Notes: generated by a model from the letters alone, not told the origin. DNA of 64,000 nucleotides from Bacillota bacterium (GCA_015059195.1 SVAW01000004.1:35440-99439); one strand, 5' to 3'. Positions 28,659 to 39,655 are shown, numbered from the stretch's first letter. Numbers and translations are program-made.

Positions 28659-28797
28659 TGGAAAATTATATATTTTTAAATAGTTATCAACACAATTAAA
28701 AATATAGATTTATGCTTATTTTATAAAGATTTTAAGGAATTTTAACATTTTCCACAGTAATAATAAACAATATAATATAAAAAATAATATATATAGG
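28656..28797. other. oriC downstream module: DnaA boxes plus AT-only putative unwinding element between dnaA and dnaN
   Basis: Boxes AGTGGAAAA (28656-28664), TTATCAACA (28684-28692) and TTTTCCACA (28748-28756). Directly after the last box come TAA TAA TAA (28758-28766) and about 40 bp of nearly pure A/T up to the dnaN RBS. Confidence 0.65.
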
Positions 28798-28805
28798 AGG
28801 GTTTT

Positions 28806-29927
28806 ATGAAATTAAAAATTAAACAAAATATATTAATGGAGCATTTAAATTATGTAATTAAAGGAATATCAAACAAAAATTTAATACCTATATTAAATTG
28901 TATTAAATTTGATCTTACCAATGAAGGATTATATTTAACAAGTACAGATAATGAAATAATGATTAATACATTTATAAAGAAAGAAGATATTGAAAATATA
29001 GATACATTAGGAAATATTGTTGTATCAGGAAGATATATATATGATATTATTAGAAAACTTCCTAATGAAATTATCGATATTGAAGAAGTTATGGATTCTA
29101 AAGTATATATAAGTACATCTAATTCTTCATTTAATTTAAATTGCAATTTAGTAAATGATTTCCCTAAAATAGAATTAGAAGAAAGTAAAAATCCTGTATC
29201 CATAACACAAAAAGTATTTAGAAATATTATAAATCAAACAATTTTTGCAACATCAACACAAGAGTCTAGACCTGTTTTAACTGGAATAAATATAAAAATA
29301 AATGATAATACAATGGAATGTACTGCGACAGATTCTTACAGATTAGCATATAAGAAAGTAGAATTAAGTCAAGCACTTTCAGAAAATATAAACATAATAA
29401 TTCCTACTAGAAATTTAAATGAACTAATCAAATTATTAACAGATGAAGATGAATTAATTAATATACATATATTTAATAATAAAGTTATTTTTAAATTTAG
29501 TACTATTGTGTTTATGTCTAGATTAATAAATGGAACTTATCCAGATACTTCAAAATTAATACCAAATGAATTTAAAACAGAAATTTTAGTAAATTTAAGA
29601 GATTTTTATAATTCTATTGATCGTGCTTCTTTATTAACAAATGAAGCAGATAAGAATACAATTAAATTAAATATAGACGAAAGTCGAATAATATTAACAT
29701 CTAATATTCCTGAAATAGGTAATGTTACTGAAAAAGTTCAGATTATTGAAAGTAATAATAATGATATAAAAATTGCTTTTAGTTCTAAATATATAATGGA
29801 TGCATTAAAAGTACTAGATTGTGAAGAGGTTAAATTATTATTTAATGGTGAAGATAAACCAATAATATTAAGAAATCCTGAAAGTTTAGATGTAATTCAG
29901 TTAATTTTACCGATTAGAACTTATTAA
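28806..29927 (+). CDS. dnaN: DNA polymerase III beta sliding clamp
   Basis: 373 aa. MKLKIKQNILMEHLNYV start, three-domain length, and position after dnaA. Confidence 0.95.
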   Translation: MKLKIKQNILMEHLNYVIKGISNKNLIPILNCIKFDLTNEGLYLTSTDNEIMINTFIKKEDIENIDTLGNIVVSGRYIYDIIRKLPNEIIDIEEVMDSKVYISTSNSSFNLNCNLVNDFPKIELEESKNPVSITQKVFRNIINQTIFATSTQESRPVLTGINIKINDNTMECTATDSYRLAYKKVELSQALSENINIIIPTRNLNELIKLLTDEDELINIHIFNNKVIFKFSTIVFMSRLINGTYPDTSKLIPNEFKTEILVNLRDFYNSIDRASLLTNEADKNTIKLNIDESRIILTSNIPEIGNVTEKVQIIESNNNDIKIAFSSKYIMDALKVLDCEEVKLLFNGEDKPIILRNPESLDVIQLILPIRTY

Positions 29928-29957
29928 AAAGTGATAATTTTATCACTTTTTTTATTG
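29927..29957 (+). terminator. Rho-independent terminator after dnaN
   Basis: AAAAGTGATAA-TT-TTATCACTTTT hairpin followed by a T-run. Confidence 0.6.
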
Positions 29958-30010
29958 TTTTTTACAAAAATCGACAAAATATGACAAAAAAATACTGTAT
30001 AAGAAAGGAA

Positions 30011-30032
30011 ATTTTCCATTTGTGTGGAAAAT
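30011..30032. promoter_or_regulatory. Inverted repeat ATTTTCCA-N6-TGGAAAAT containing a perfect TGTGGAAAA DnaA box, in the comK-like leader
   Basis: The box lies at 30023-30031. The whole element ends 8 nt before the GAGGAGG RBS of the ComK-family gene. Confidence 0.5.
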
Positions 30033-30054
30033 TAGTAGTAGAGGAGGTGAAATA

Positions 30055-30510
30055 ATGAAATATGATTATGAAATAAATAACAACACATTAGCCATAATTT
30101 CGATAGATGATAAAACATGTAAGGTTTTAGAAGATGAATATGAGTATATAATAAATAAATCATCTTATGACGTGATTGATGATAGTTGTAAGTATTTTGG
30201 TAGTTCATACAAAGGAAGATATGAAGGAACAAAAAGTTTAATTGGAATGAATTATAAATTACCAATAATTATAGAAGAAAGTAGAAATATAATCTTTTTT
30301 CCAACTACATCACCCAAATTAAATGAATGTTTTTGGATTTCATTAAATAAAATAGATGACTATGTTGTAGATAACGAAAATGTATATATTTTATTTAAAA
30401 ACGGTACAAAGATAAGAGTAAATATTTCATTTTTTGCACTTGAAAATCAGATATTAAGAGCATCTCGTTTAGAATCTGTTTTAAGACATCGAAAAAAAGA
30501 AGAAAAATAA
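30055..30510 (+). CDS. comK: ComK-family competence transcription factor homologue (short form, 151 aa)
   Basis: Block-wise match to B. subtilis ComK as I recall it: YEINNNTLAI / YEVNGATIAV; DDSCKYFGSSYKGRYEGT / DRSCRFFGSSYAGRKAGT; KLPIIIEESRNIIFFPTTSP / KPPIMVDPSNQIFLFPTLSS; CFWIS / CGWIS; FKNGTKIRVNISFFALENQILRA / FSNGKTMELPISYNSFENQVYRT. ATG at 30055 after GAGGAGGTGA. Confidence 0.75.
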   Translation: MKYDYEINNNTLAIISIDDKTCKVLEDEYEYIINKSSYDVIDDSCKYFGSSYKGRYEGTKSLIGMNYKLPIIIEESRNIIFFPTTSPKLNECFWISLNKIDDYVVDNENVYILFKNGTKIRVNISFFALENQILRASRLESVLRHRKKEEK

Positions 30511-30527
30511 GTTTTTACTTATTTTTT
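30504..30527 (+). terminator. Weak AT-rich terminator after the comK-like gene
   Basis: AAATAAGT-TTTT-ACTTATTT hairpin followed by a T-run. Confidence 0.35.
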
Positions 30528-30633
30528 CTGTTTTTAGGTGGTAAAATATGATATAATATATTTGTGGTATAGGAGTATTAAAAATACTGTTTTTTTACTC
30601 TACGGGCTTTAAAATATGAAAAAGGGTGGTTTT

Positions 30634-31743
30634 ATGTTTTTAAAGAGTATAAAATTGAATAATTTTAGAAATTATGAAAATTTAAATGTCGATTTTAATT
30701 CAAATATAAACATAATATATGGAAATAATGCTCAAGGAAAAACCAATTTATTAGAGTCTATATATTTTTTAGCAGTGACCAAATCTCATCATTCTTTTCT
30801 AGATAATAAGTTGATTAAAGAGGGTTGTAATCAGCTTAGTGTAGAAGGGATTATTAAAAACGAAAATGTCCATACTAAGTATTCTATTTCAATAACAGAA
30901 GGTAAAAAAATTTTAAAAATAAATGACACGTTAATAAAAAAAGTTAGTGATTATATTTCTAATATAAATATTATTATTTTTTATCCTGATGATTTAAATT
31001 TGGTTAAAGGAAGCCCAAATGATCGAAGAAGATATATTAATGTAGAATTAAGTCAATTATCATCTAAATATTTTGAGGTGTTGAGCGAATATAACAAATT
31101 GTTAAAAATTAGAAATGACTATTTGAAAAAATATGTAGATAGAATTGATTTTGATAAAAAATATTTCGAAATATTAACAGAACATCTTGTTGATAAATGT
31201 ATATACATCTATAAAATGAGATATAAGTATATTGAGAAAATTAATAATTATTGTAAAAAAATAAGTTTAAAAATAACGGGTTCTGAAAATTTTAAAGTTA
31301 ATTATATAAATAATTTTAATCAATATGATTTTAACGATAAAAATATAAAAAATCTTATAATAAATGAATTTAAAAAGTATAACAATAAGGAGAAAAGATA
31401 TAAAAATACAATTCTAGGACCACATAAAGATGATTTTGAATTTATTTTTGAAAACAGAAATTTAAAATTTTATGGTTCTCAAGGTCAGCAGAGATTAGGT
31501 GTTTTGATATTAAAATTATCAGAAATTGAAATATTTAACGATTATAAGAATACAAAGCCAATATTATTATTGGATGATGTATTTAGTGAATTAGATAATA
31601 ACAAAAAAAACAATCTGTTGTTTTATATAGATAATGATATTCAGACAATAATAACAACAACAGAACTATCTAATTTAGATGAAAAATTGATTGAAAAAGC
31701 TAATTTGATAAGAATAAACAATGGTAAAAAAGAAGAGGTGTAA
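30634..31743 (+). CDS. recF: DNA replication and repair protein RecF
   Basis: MFLKSIKLNNFRNYE start, Walker A GNNAQGKTNLLE, signature GSQGQQR, and Walker B LLLDDV. ATG at 30634 after AAGGGTGG. Confidence 0.93.
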   Translation: MFLKSIKLNNFRNYENLNVDFNSNINIIYGNNAQGKTNLLESIYFLAVTKSHHSFLDNKLIKEGCNQLSVEGIIKNENVHTKYSISITEGKKILKINDTLIKKVSDYISNINIIIFYPDDLNLVKGSPNDRRRYINVELSQLSSKYFEVLSEYNKLLKIRNDYLKKYVDRIDFDKKYFEILTEHLVDKCIYIYKMRYKYIEKINNYCKKISLKITGSENFKVNYINNFNQYDFNDKNIKNLIINEFKKYNNKEKRYKNTILGPHKDDFEFIFENRNLKFYGSQGQQRLGVLILKLSEIEIFNDYKNTKPILLLDDVFSELDNNKKNNLLFYIDNDIQTIITTTELSNLDEKLIEKANLIRINNGKKEEV

Positions 31744-33672
<1,929 letters not shown>

Positions 33673-33684
33673 AGGTGATAAAAT

Positions 33685-36123
33685 ATGGATAGATTAGAAA
33701 ACAGCAATATAGTAAGCGAAATGGAAAAATCATTTCTTGAATATTCAATGAGTGTAATTATTTCCCGAGCAATACCAGATTTAAGAGATGGTATGAAACC
33801 AGTGCATAGAAGAATATTATATACAATGCTTGAATCTGGATTTACTCCTGATAAAGGTTATGTAAAATGCGCTAAAACAGTAGGAGCCGTTATTGGTAAC
33901 TATCATCCTCATGGAGATTCTGCTGTATATGATGCGATGGTAAGAATGGCTCAAGATTTTAGTTATAGACATCCGTTAATAGATGGCCATGGTAATTTTG
34001 GAGCGATAGATGGAAGTACTGCTGCTGCATATCGTTATACAGAATCTAGAATTTCTAAAATTGCAATGGAATTATTAAGAGATATTAATAAAGATACTGT
34101 TGATTTTGCTGATAATTTTGATTCCACAAGAAAAGAACCAGTAGTTTTACCTTCAAGATTTCCAAATATTTTAGTCAATGGTACTATGGGTATAGCTGTT
34201 GGTATGGCTACCAATATTCCACCCCACAATTTAGGAGAAGTTATAAATGGATGTATAGCTTATATTGATAATAAAGACATTGATGTTTTAGGTTTAATGG
34301 AATACGTAAAAGGACCAGATTTTCCTACAGGAGGAAGTATTCTGGGAAATAGTGGAATAAAAAAGGCATATGAGACAGGCAAAGGAACAATTTCTATTAG
34401 AGGAAAAGTAGATATTATAGAAAAAAAAGATCGTTATGAATTAGTAATAACTGAGGTTCCTTATCAGGTAAACACTTCTGCGCTGATTACAAAAATTGCA
34501 GAACTTGTCAGAGATAAAATCATTGATGGAATTTCAGATTTAAGAGAAGAAACATCTTTTAAAGATGGAATGAGAATACTGATTGAATTGAAAAGGGATG
34601 TTAATCCTAATGTGGTATTAAATAATTTATATAAGCATACACCCCTTCAATCTTCGTATGGAATAAATATGCTTATGCTATACCAAGGAAAACCTCAAAT
34701 AATGGGTTTAAAGGAAGTAATAAGTAATTATATAGATTTTCAAAAAGAAGTTGTGTACCGCAGAACTAAATTTGATTTAGACAAAGCTGAAAAAAGAGAA
34801 CATATTTTGCAGGGATTAAAAATAGCTTTAGATAATATAGATGAAGTAATTAAAATTATTAAGGAGGCTAAAACAGATCAAATTGCAAAAGAACAATTAA
34901 GTTCTAAATTTAATTTGGATGATGCACAAACTGAAGCAATATTAGAAATGCGTTTAAGAAAATTAACCGGTTTAGAAAAAGAAAAAATCTTAGAAGAATT
35001 AGAAGAATTACTTAAATTAATTGAGCATTTAAAAGACATTTTAAGTAGCGATGATAAAATTTTACAAGTAATTAAAGAAGAATTGATAGAAATTAGAGAT
35101 AAATATGCAACGCCACGACAGACAAATATAGATATGTCAGCTATCGATTATATAGAAGATGAATCTTTAATCCCGGTTGATGATATTGTCATTACCTTAA
35201 CAAATAAAGGGTATATTAAACGAATGAATAGTGAGAACTATCGAACACAAAATCGTGGCGGAGTAGGTATCAAAGGAATGAGCACCAATGAAGAAGATTT
35301 TGTAGAAAAAATGTTATCTATGACTACACATGATTATATATTGTTCTTCACTAACTTAGGGAAGGTTTATAGAATGAAAGGATATGAAATTCCTTTATTT
35401 AGCAGGCAATCAAAGGGAATCCCGATAATTAATCTATTGCCATTAGAAAAAGAAGAAACAGTACGAGCAATGCTAAAGGTTGAACAAAATGATGAATCAA
35501 AATATATTGTATTTTGTACACAAAGTGGACTGGTAAAACGTACTAAGATTGAGGAATTTGATAGAATCAGGACTAATGGTAAAATAGCAATTACTTTAAA
35601 AGATGATGATCAGTTAATATCTGTTAAGAAAACTTCTGGAGAAAACCAAATATTAATTGCTGCTTCTAACGGCAGAATGGTAAGGTTTGATGAAAATGAA
35701 ATTAGAGTAATGGGTAGAACAGCTTCTGGAGTCAAAGGCATAGATATTGGTGATGGGATGTCTGTTGGATGTGAAGTAGCAAACGAAGATCAAAATGTAT
35801 TAGTTGTAACAGAAAAAGGTTATGGTAAGAAAACAAAAATAGAAGAATACAGAATGACTCATAGAGGAAGTAAAGGTGTAAAAGCACTGAATGTGACAGA
35901 AAAAAATGGTAATATAGTTGCTTTTAAAATCGTAGACGGTGCAGAAGATTTAATGATTATAACCACAACTGGCATTATTATAAGACTTAATCTGGAACAG
36001 ATTTCTAATACTGGAAGAGTTGCCCAAGGAGTTAAATTAATAAACTTAAAGGAAGAGCAAAAAGTTAGCTCAGTTTCATTAATAAAAAGAGACGATGAAG
36101 AAATTTTGGACAACGAACAATAA
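33685..36123 (+). CDS. gyrA: DNA gyrase subunit A
   Basis: [25 protein letters not shown], active-site AAYRYTE, and C-terminal beta-pinwheel repeats. Confidence 0.97.
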   Translation: MDRLENSNIVSEMEKSFLEYSMSVIISRAIPDLRDGMKPVHRRILYTMLESGFTPDKGYVKCAKTVGAVIGNYHPHGDSAVYDAMVRMAQDFSYRHPLIDGHGNFGAIDGSTAAAYRYTESRISKIAMELLRDINKDTVDFADNFDSTRKEPVVLPSRFPNILVNGTMGIAVGMATNIPPHNLGEVINGCIAYIDNKDIDVLGLMEYVKGPDFPTGGSILGNSGIKKAYETGKGTISIRGKVDIIEKKDRYELVITEVPYQVNTSALITKIAELVRDKIIDGISDLREETSFKDGMRILIELKRDVNPNVVLNNLYKHTPLQSSYGINMLMLYQGKPQIMGLKEVISNYIDFQKEVVYRRTKFDLDKAEKREHILQGLKIALDNIDEVIKIIKEAKTDQIAKEQLSSKFNLDDAQTEAILEMRLRKLTGLEKEKILEELEELLKLIEHLKDILSSDDKILQVIKEELIEIRDKYATPRQTNIDMSAIDYIEDESLIPVDDIVITLTNKGYIKRMNSENYRTQNRGGVGIKGMSTNEEDFVEKMLSMTTHDYILFFTNLGKVYRMKGYEIPLFSRQSKGIPIINLLPLEKEETVRAMLKVEQNDESKYIVFCTQSGLVKRTKIEEFDRIRTNGKIAITLKDDDQLISVKKTSGENQILIAASNGRMVRFDENEIRVMGRTASGVKGIDIGDGMSVGCEVANEDQNVLVVTEKGYGKKTKIEEYRMTHRGSKGVKALNVTEKNGNIVAFKIVDGAEDLMIITTTGIIIRLNLEQISNTGRVAQGVKLINLKEEQKVSSVSLIKRDDEEILDNEQ

Positions 36124-36127
36124 AATA

Positions 36128-36145
36128 ATGTTTCACGTGAAACAT
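36128..36145. promoter_or_regulatory. parS: parS site 1 (perfect 18-bp palindrome ATGTTTCACGTGAAACAT)
   Basis: The core TGTTTCACGTGAAACA matches the Firmicute parS consensus TGTTNCACGTGAAACA at every position. It starts 5 nt after the gyrA stop codon. Confidence 0.8.
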
Positions 36146-36147
36146 AA

Positions 36148-36178
36148 AACACATTTTGCATAAAAATGTGTTTTTTTT
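36148..36178 (+). terminator. Rho-independent terminator of gyrA
   Basis: AACACATTTT-GCATA-AAAATGTGTT hairpin followed by T8. Confidence 0.7.
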
Positions 36179-36224
36179 AAAATAAAAAAATTGAAAATAA
36201 ATTGAAAATATTATATATTATTAA

Positions 36225-36297
36225 TGCACAACGTTTATGCTTGAAACAGGTCAGAATTGGGAAATAGCAGCCTTAAGAGCCTCTAAGCGTGTGTGCA
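36225..36297 (+). ncRNA. ffs: Small (4.5S-type, about 73 nt) signal recognition particle RNA
   Basis: Conserved domain IV elements: CAGGUCAG, a GNRA tetraloop (AUU-GGGA-AAU) and AGCAGCC. A closing helix pairs UGCACAACG with CGUGUGUGCA, and a U-run follows. Upstream promoter: TTGAAA (36191-36196), a 17-nt spacer, then TATATT (36214-36219). The locus is beside tadA and dnaX, as for scr in B. subtilis. Confidence 0.65.
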
Positions 36298-36304
36298 TTT
36301 TTAT

Positions 36305-36322
36305 ATGTTTCACGTGAAACAT
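36305..36322. promoter_or_regulatory. parS: parS site 2 (identical 18-bp palindrome ATGTTTCACGTGAAACAT)
   Basis: Exact second copy, 177 bp from the first. It ends 1 nt before the tadA RBS (AAGAGGT). Confidence 0.8.
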
Positions 36323-36336
36323 AAAGAGGTAATAAA

Positions 36337-36759
36337 ATGGAAAAATATATGAAATTAGCAATAAAAGAAGCTAAAAAAGCTCAAAAACACGGAGATGTTC
36401 CTGTTGGGGCAATAATAGTTAGAAATGGCAAAATTATTGCAAAAGGACACAACAAAAAAGAAAAAAAACAAATAGTTACAAGACATGCGGAGATTGAAGT
36501 AATTGAAAAAGCTTGTAAAAAATTACAAACATGGCATTTGGATGATTGCGATATATATATCACCATTGAACCGTGTCAAATGTGCTATGGAGCTATAGAA
36601 CAAGCAAGAATTAAAACAATCGTTTATGGAAGTCAAAATGATAAATTTGGATATATTAGTAAAAACAATCAAAAAAAAATAATTAATTATAAATCAGGAG
36701 TTTTGCAAAAAGAGTGCAGTGAAATTATTCAAAACTTTTTTTTAAAAAAAAGAGGCTAG
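36337..36759 (+). CDS. tadA: tRNA-specific adenosine deaminase
   Basis: CDA zinc motifs HAEIEVI and PCQMCYGAI. Confidence 0.9.
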   Translation: MEKYMKLAIKEAKKAQKHGDVPVGAIIVRNGKIIAKGHNKKEKKQIVTRHAEIEVIEKACKKLQTWHLDDCDIYITIEPCQMCYGAIEQARIKTIVYGSQNDKFGYISKNNQKKIINYKSGVLQKECSEIIQNFFLKKRG

Positions 36760-36773
36760 AAACCTCTTTTTTT
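36744..36773 (+). terminator. Terminator overlapping the tadA stop codon
   Basis: AAAAGAGG-CTAGAAA-CCTCTTTTTTT hairpin. Confidence 0.55.
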
Positions 36774-36823
36774 GTGAATTGATTCAATAAAATGGTATAA
36801 TCATATTGGAAAAAGGTGATGTT

Positions 36824-38494
36824 ATGTATCAAGCTCTGTATAGAAAATATAGACCTCATAATTTTGATGAAATAGTTGGGCAGGATGTTATAGTAAAAAC
36901 ATTAAAAAATGTGATTAAAAAAGAAAACCTTACCCATGCATATTTGTTTGCTGGACCTAGAGGAACAGGAAAAACTAGCATAGCTAAAATTTTAGCAAAA
37001 ACCATCAACTGTCAGGATCCAAAAGATGGGATTTCATGTGAAAAATGCGTAAGTTGTACACAAATAAATGACAAACAAAGTATAGATATAATAGAAATTG
37101 ATGCTGCATCTAATAACGGAGTAGATGAAATAAGAGAATTAAAAAGCAAAGTAAATCTTGTGCCAACAACCAGCAAATATAAGGTATATATAATAGATGA
37201 AGTGCATATGTTGACCACTGGAGCGTTTAATGCTTTATTAAAAACATTAGAAGAACCTCCTGTTCATATAATATTCATCCTAGCAACAACAGAACCCCAT
37301 AAAATCCCTTCAACCATACTTTCTCGTTGTCAAAGATTTGATTTTAAAAGAATTAGTGACTCTGCACTAATTGAAAGAATAAAAATAGTTTGTGAAAATG
37401 AACAAATAGCAATAGAAGAAGAAGCTATAGGTGAAATTGCACGAATTTCAGATGGAGGAATGAGAGATGCCTTAAGTCTTTTGGATCAAGTTACAGCATA
37501 TTGTGAGAATACAATAACTTCAGAAGATGTGCATACAATTAATGGATCTTTAACTCAAAGTCAATTGAAAGAATTTATCAAAACTATTATTGAAAGAAAT
37601 TTGACTGAAATTTTTAAGTTGATTGATGTTTGGAATGAAAACGGTAAGAATTTTTCTAAAATATTGGAGGAATTAATATTATATTTAAAAAATATAATTA
37701 TTGCTAAATATTCCCCAGATTACTTGAAAAATCAGGGATTAGATATAGAAAGTTATAATGATTTGAATATTGGTAAAAAAGAAATACTGAAAAATATAGA
37801 TATTTTAAATAAAAGCCTAGTAGAAGTAAAAAAATCTAATATGCCGAAAACTGTGTTTGAGATAACTATCTTGCATCTTTTAGATGATCCTGCGTCAGAA
37901 CAACTTTTTGAAAAAAAGACAGTTTATTTAGAGAAAGTTTTGAATGAACCGATAAAACCAGAAACTTTAGTAGAAGATAAAAGTAAAAAAACAGCAATTG
38001 AAATTAAAAGTGAAAGAGTAATTGATGAGTCACTAAAAAATAAAATAGATGAAATTAAAAACATTAGAATTAACAATACTTTAGCAACATTTGATAAAAA
38101 AGAATTAATAAGGGTTCAAAATCTTCAAGAAAATTTGAAATCATTATTGATTAATCCAGACTACAGCCAGGAGGTTTCTATTGTACTAGATGGAGTGTTA
38201 AAAGCAGCCGGGGATGGATATTTGATATATGTTTTTGAAAACGAGGCTAATGCTGCTTTGTTTAATCAAAATCTTATAAGAATAGAAGAAATTTTAGAAC
38301 AAGAGTTTAGAAAGAAATATAAAGTTATATCTACGGATATTATTTCCTGGGAAATAATAAAAACTGAATTTAATAGTAAAACGAAAAAATATGAATATGT
38401 TGAAGAAAAAAAATCATTAAGCGATTTATTTGAAAATAAGCAAGAACAAAATGAAATTGAAAATTTATTTAGCAATGAAATAGAATATAGTTAA
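36824..38494 (+). CDS. dnaX: DNA polymerase III subunits gamma/tau
   Basis: MYQALYRKYRP start, Walker A GPRGTGKTS, zinc module CxxCxxC, and IIDEVHML. ATG at 36824 after AAAGGTGA. Confidence 0.95.
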   Translation: MYQALYRKYRPHNFDEIVGQDVIVKTLKNVIKKENLTHAYLFAGPRGTGKTSIAKILAKTINCQDPKDGISCEKCVSCTQINDKQSIDIIEIDAASNNGVDEIRELKSKVNLVPTTSKYKVYIIDEVHMLTTGAFNALLKTLEEPPVHIIFILATTEPHKIPSTILSRCQRFDFKRISDSALIERIKIVCENEQIAIEEEAIGEIARISDGGMRDALSLLDQVTAYCENTITSEDVHTINGSLTQSQLKEFIKTIIERNLTEIFKLIDVWNENGKNFSKILEELILYLKNIIIAKYSPDYLKNQGLDIESYNDLNIGKKEILKNIDILNKSLVEVKKSNMPKTVFEITILHLLDDPASEQLFEKKTVYLEKVLNEPIKPETLVEDKSKKTAIEIKSERVIDESLKNKIDEIKNIRINNTLATFDKKELIRVQNLQENLKSLLINPDYSQEVSIVLDGVLKAAGDGYLIYVFENEANAALFNQNLIRIEEILEQEFRKKYKVISTDIISWEIIKTEFNSKTKKYEYVEEKKSLSDLFENKQEQNEIENLFSNEIEYS

Positions 38495-38506
38495 GGAGAG
38501 ATAAAT

Positions 38507-38803
38507 ATGAACATGCAAGCAATAATGAAACAGGCACAAAAAATGCAAAATGATATAATGAAGGCTAAGGAAGAAATAAATAAAAATATTTATGAAGCTA
38601 AGTCGTCATTAGTGAGTGTTAAAATGAATGGTGAGAAAAAACTAGTAGAAGTTAAAATAGGTGCAGACCAATTAGACAAAGATGATATTGAATTGTTATC
38701 AGATATGATAATGGTTGCGGTAAATGAGGCTAGTAATCAAGTTGATAAAGACACCGAAAATAAACTAGGTAAATATACACAAGGAATGTCAGGATTATTT
38801 TAA
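38507..38803 (+). CDS. ybaB: Nucleoid-associated protein YbaB/EbfC
   Basis: 98 aa. MQAIMKQAQKMQ start. Synteny dnaX-ybaB-recR. Confidence 0.9.
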   Translation: MNMQAIMKQAQKMQNDIMKAKEEINKNIYEAKSSLVSVKMNGEKKLVEVKIGADQLDKDDIELLSDMIMVAVNEASNQVDKDTENKLGKYTQGMSGLF

Positions 38804-39414
38804 TGGCTACATATCCAAAGTCTTTAAAAGATTTAATAGAGTGTTTTAAAAAATTACCTAGTATTGGTGAAAAGTCAGCAGAAAGAATGGCATTTGCAAC
38901 AATGAATATGGATGAAGGAGAGATTGAATTTTTTGCTCAATCATTATTAAATGTTAAAAATAATATTAAAAAATGTCAAAAATGTGGTAACTTAACAGAA
39001 GCTGAATATTGTGAAATATGCAATGATAATTCTAGAAATAGCCAAATTTTATGTGTAGTGGAGTCGTCAAAGAATGTTATTTTGTTTGAAAAAATTGGAT
39101 CTTATACAGGAAGATATCACGTGTTAGATGGGTTAATCTCACCTCTTGATGGAATAACACCAAATGACATAAATATAAAAAAATTATATGAAAGAGTAGA
39201 AAAAGAAGAAATAAAAGAAATAATTGTGGCGGTGAAGCCTAGTATAGAAGGAGAAACAACCGCATTATATATTTCCAAAATGTTTGAAAATTCACCAATC
39301 CTAGTTTCAAAAATAGCTCATGGAGTTCCACTAGGAACTGATATGGAATATATTGATTCATTAACGCTAGAAATGGCTTTAGAAGATAGAAAAAAAATAT
39401 CTGAAGAAAAATAG
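38803..39414 (+). CDS. recR: Recombination protein RecR
   Basis: HhH motif LPSIGEKSAERMAF, zinc finger CxxCx..CxxC, and a Toprim domain. Confidence 0.94.
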   Translation: MATYPKSLKDLIECFKKLPSIGEKSAERMAFATMNMDEGEIEFFAQSLLNVKNNIKKCQKCGNLTEAEYCEICNDNSRNSQILCVVESSKNVILFEKIGSYTGRYHVLDGLISPLDGITPNDINIKKLYERVEKEEIKEIIVAVKPSIEGETTALYISKMFENSPILVSKIAHGVPLGTDMEYIDSLTLEMALEDRKKISEEK

Positions 39415-39457
39415 AATTACTTAAATATAAGTTCATATCATTTAATGAGGTGGACAA

Positions 39458-39646
39458 ATGATTAAAGAGATTTTTAAAGTTTTGAAAAAAACAATAGTTA
39501 GTATTTTTGGTTTATATGGATATAATTTAATCGCAGCCCCGCTAGGGTTTGTAATCCCGATTAATTTTATTACTATTTCATTACTATCTATTTTTGGTAT
39601 ACCAGCATTATTATCTTTGGTAATAGTGCTTGTTGTTGTTTTTTAG
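39458..39646 (+). CDS. bofA: BofA-family pro-sigma-K processing inhibitor (short form)
   Basis: 62-aa two-TM protein. LGFVIPINFITISLLSIFGIPALLSLVIV matches the BofA C-terminal block LGIHVPINLVTTAISGILGIPGIAALVVI. Its position after recR is as in B. subtilis. Confidence 0.65.
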   Translation: MIKEIFKVLKKTIVSIFGLYGYNLIAAPLGFVIPINFITISLLSIFGIPALLSLVIVLVVVF

Positions 39647-39655
39647 GAGGATAAT

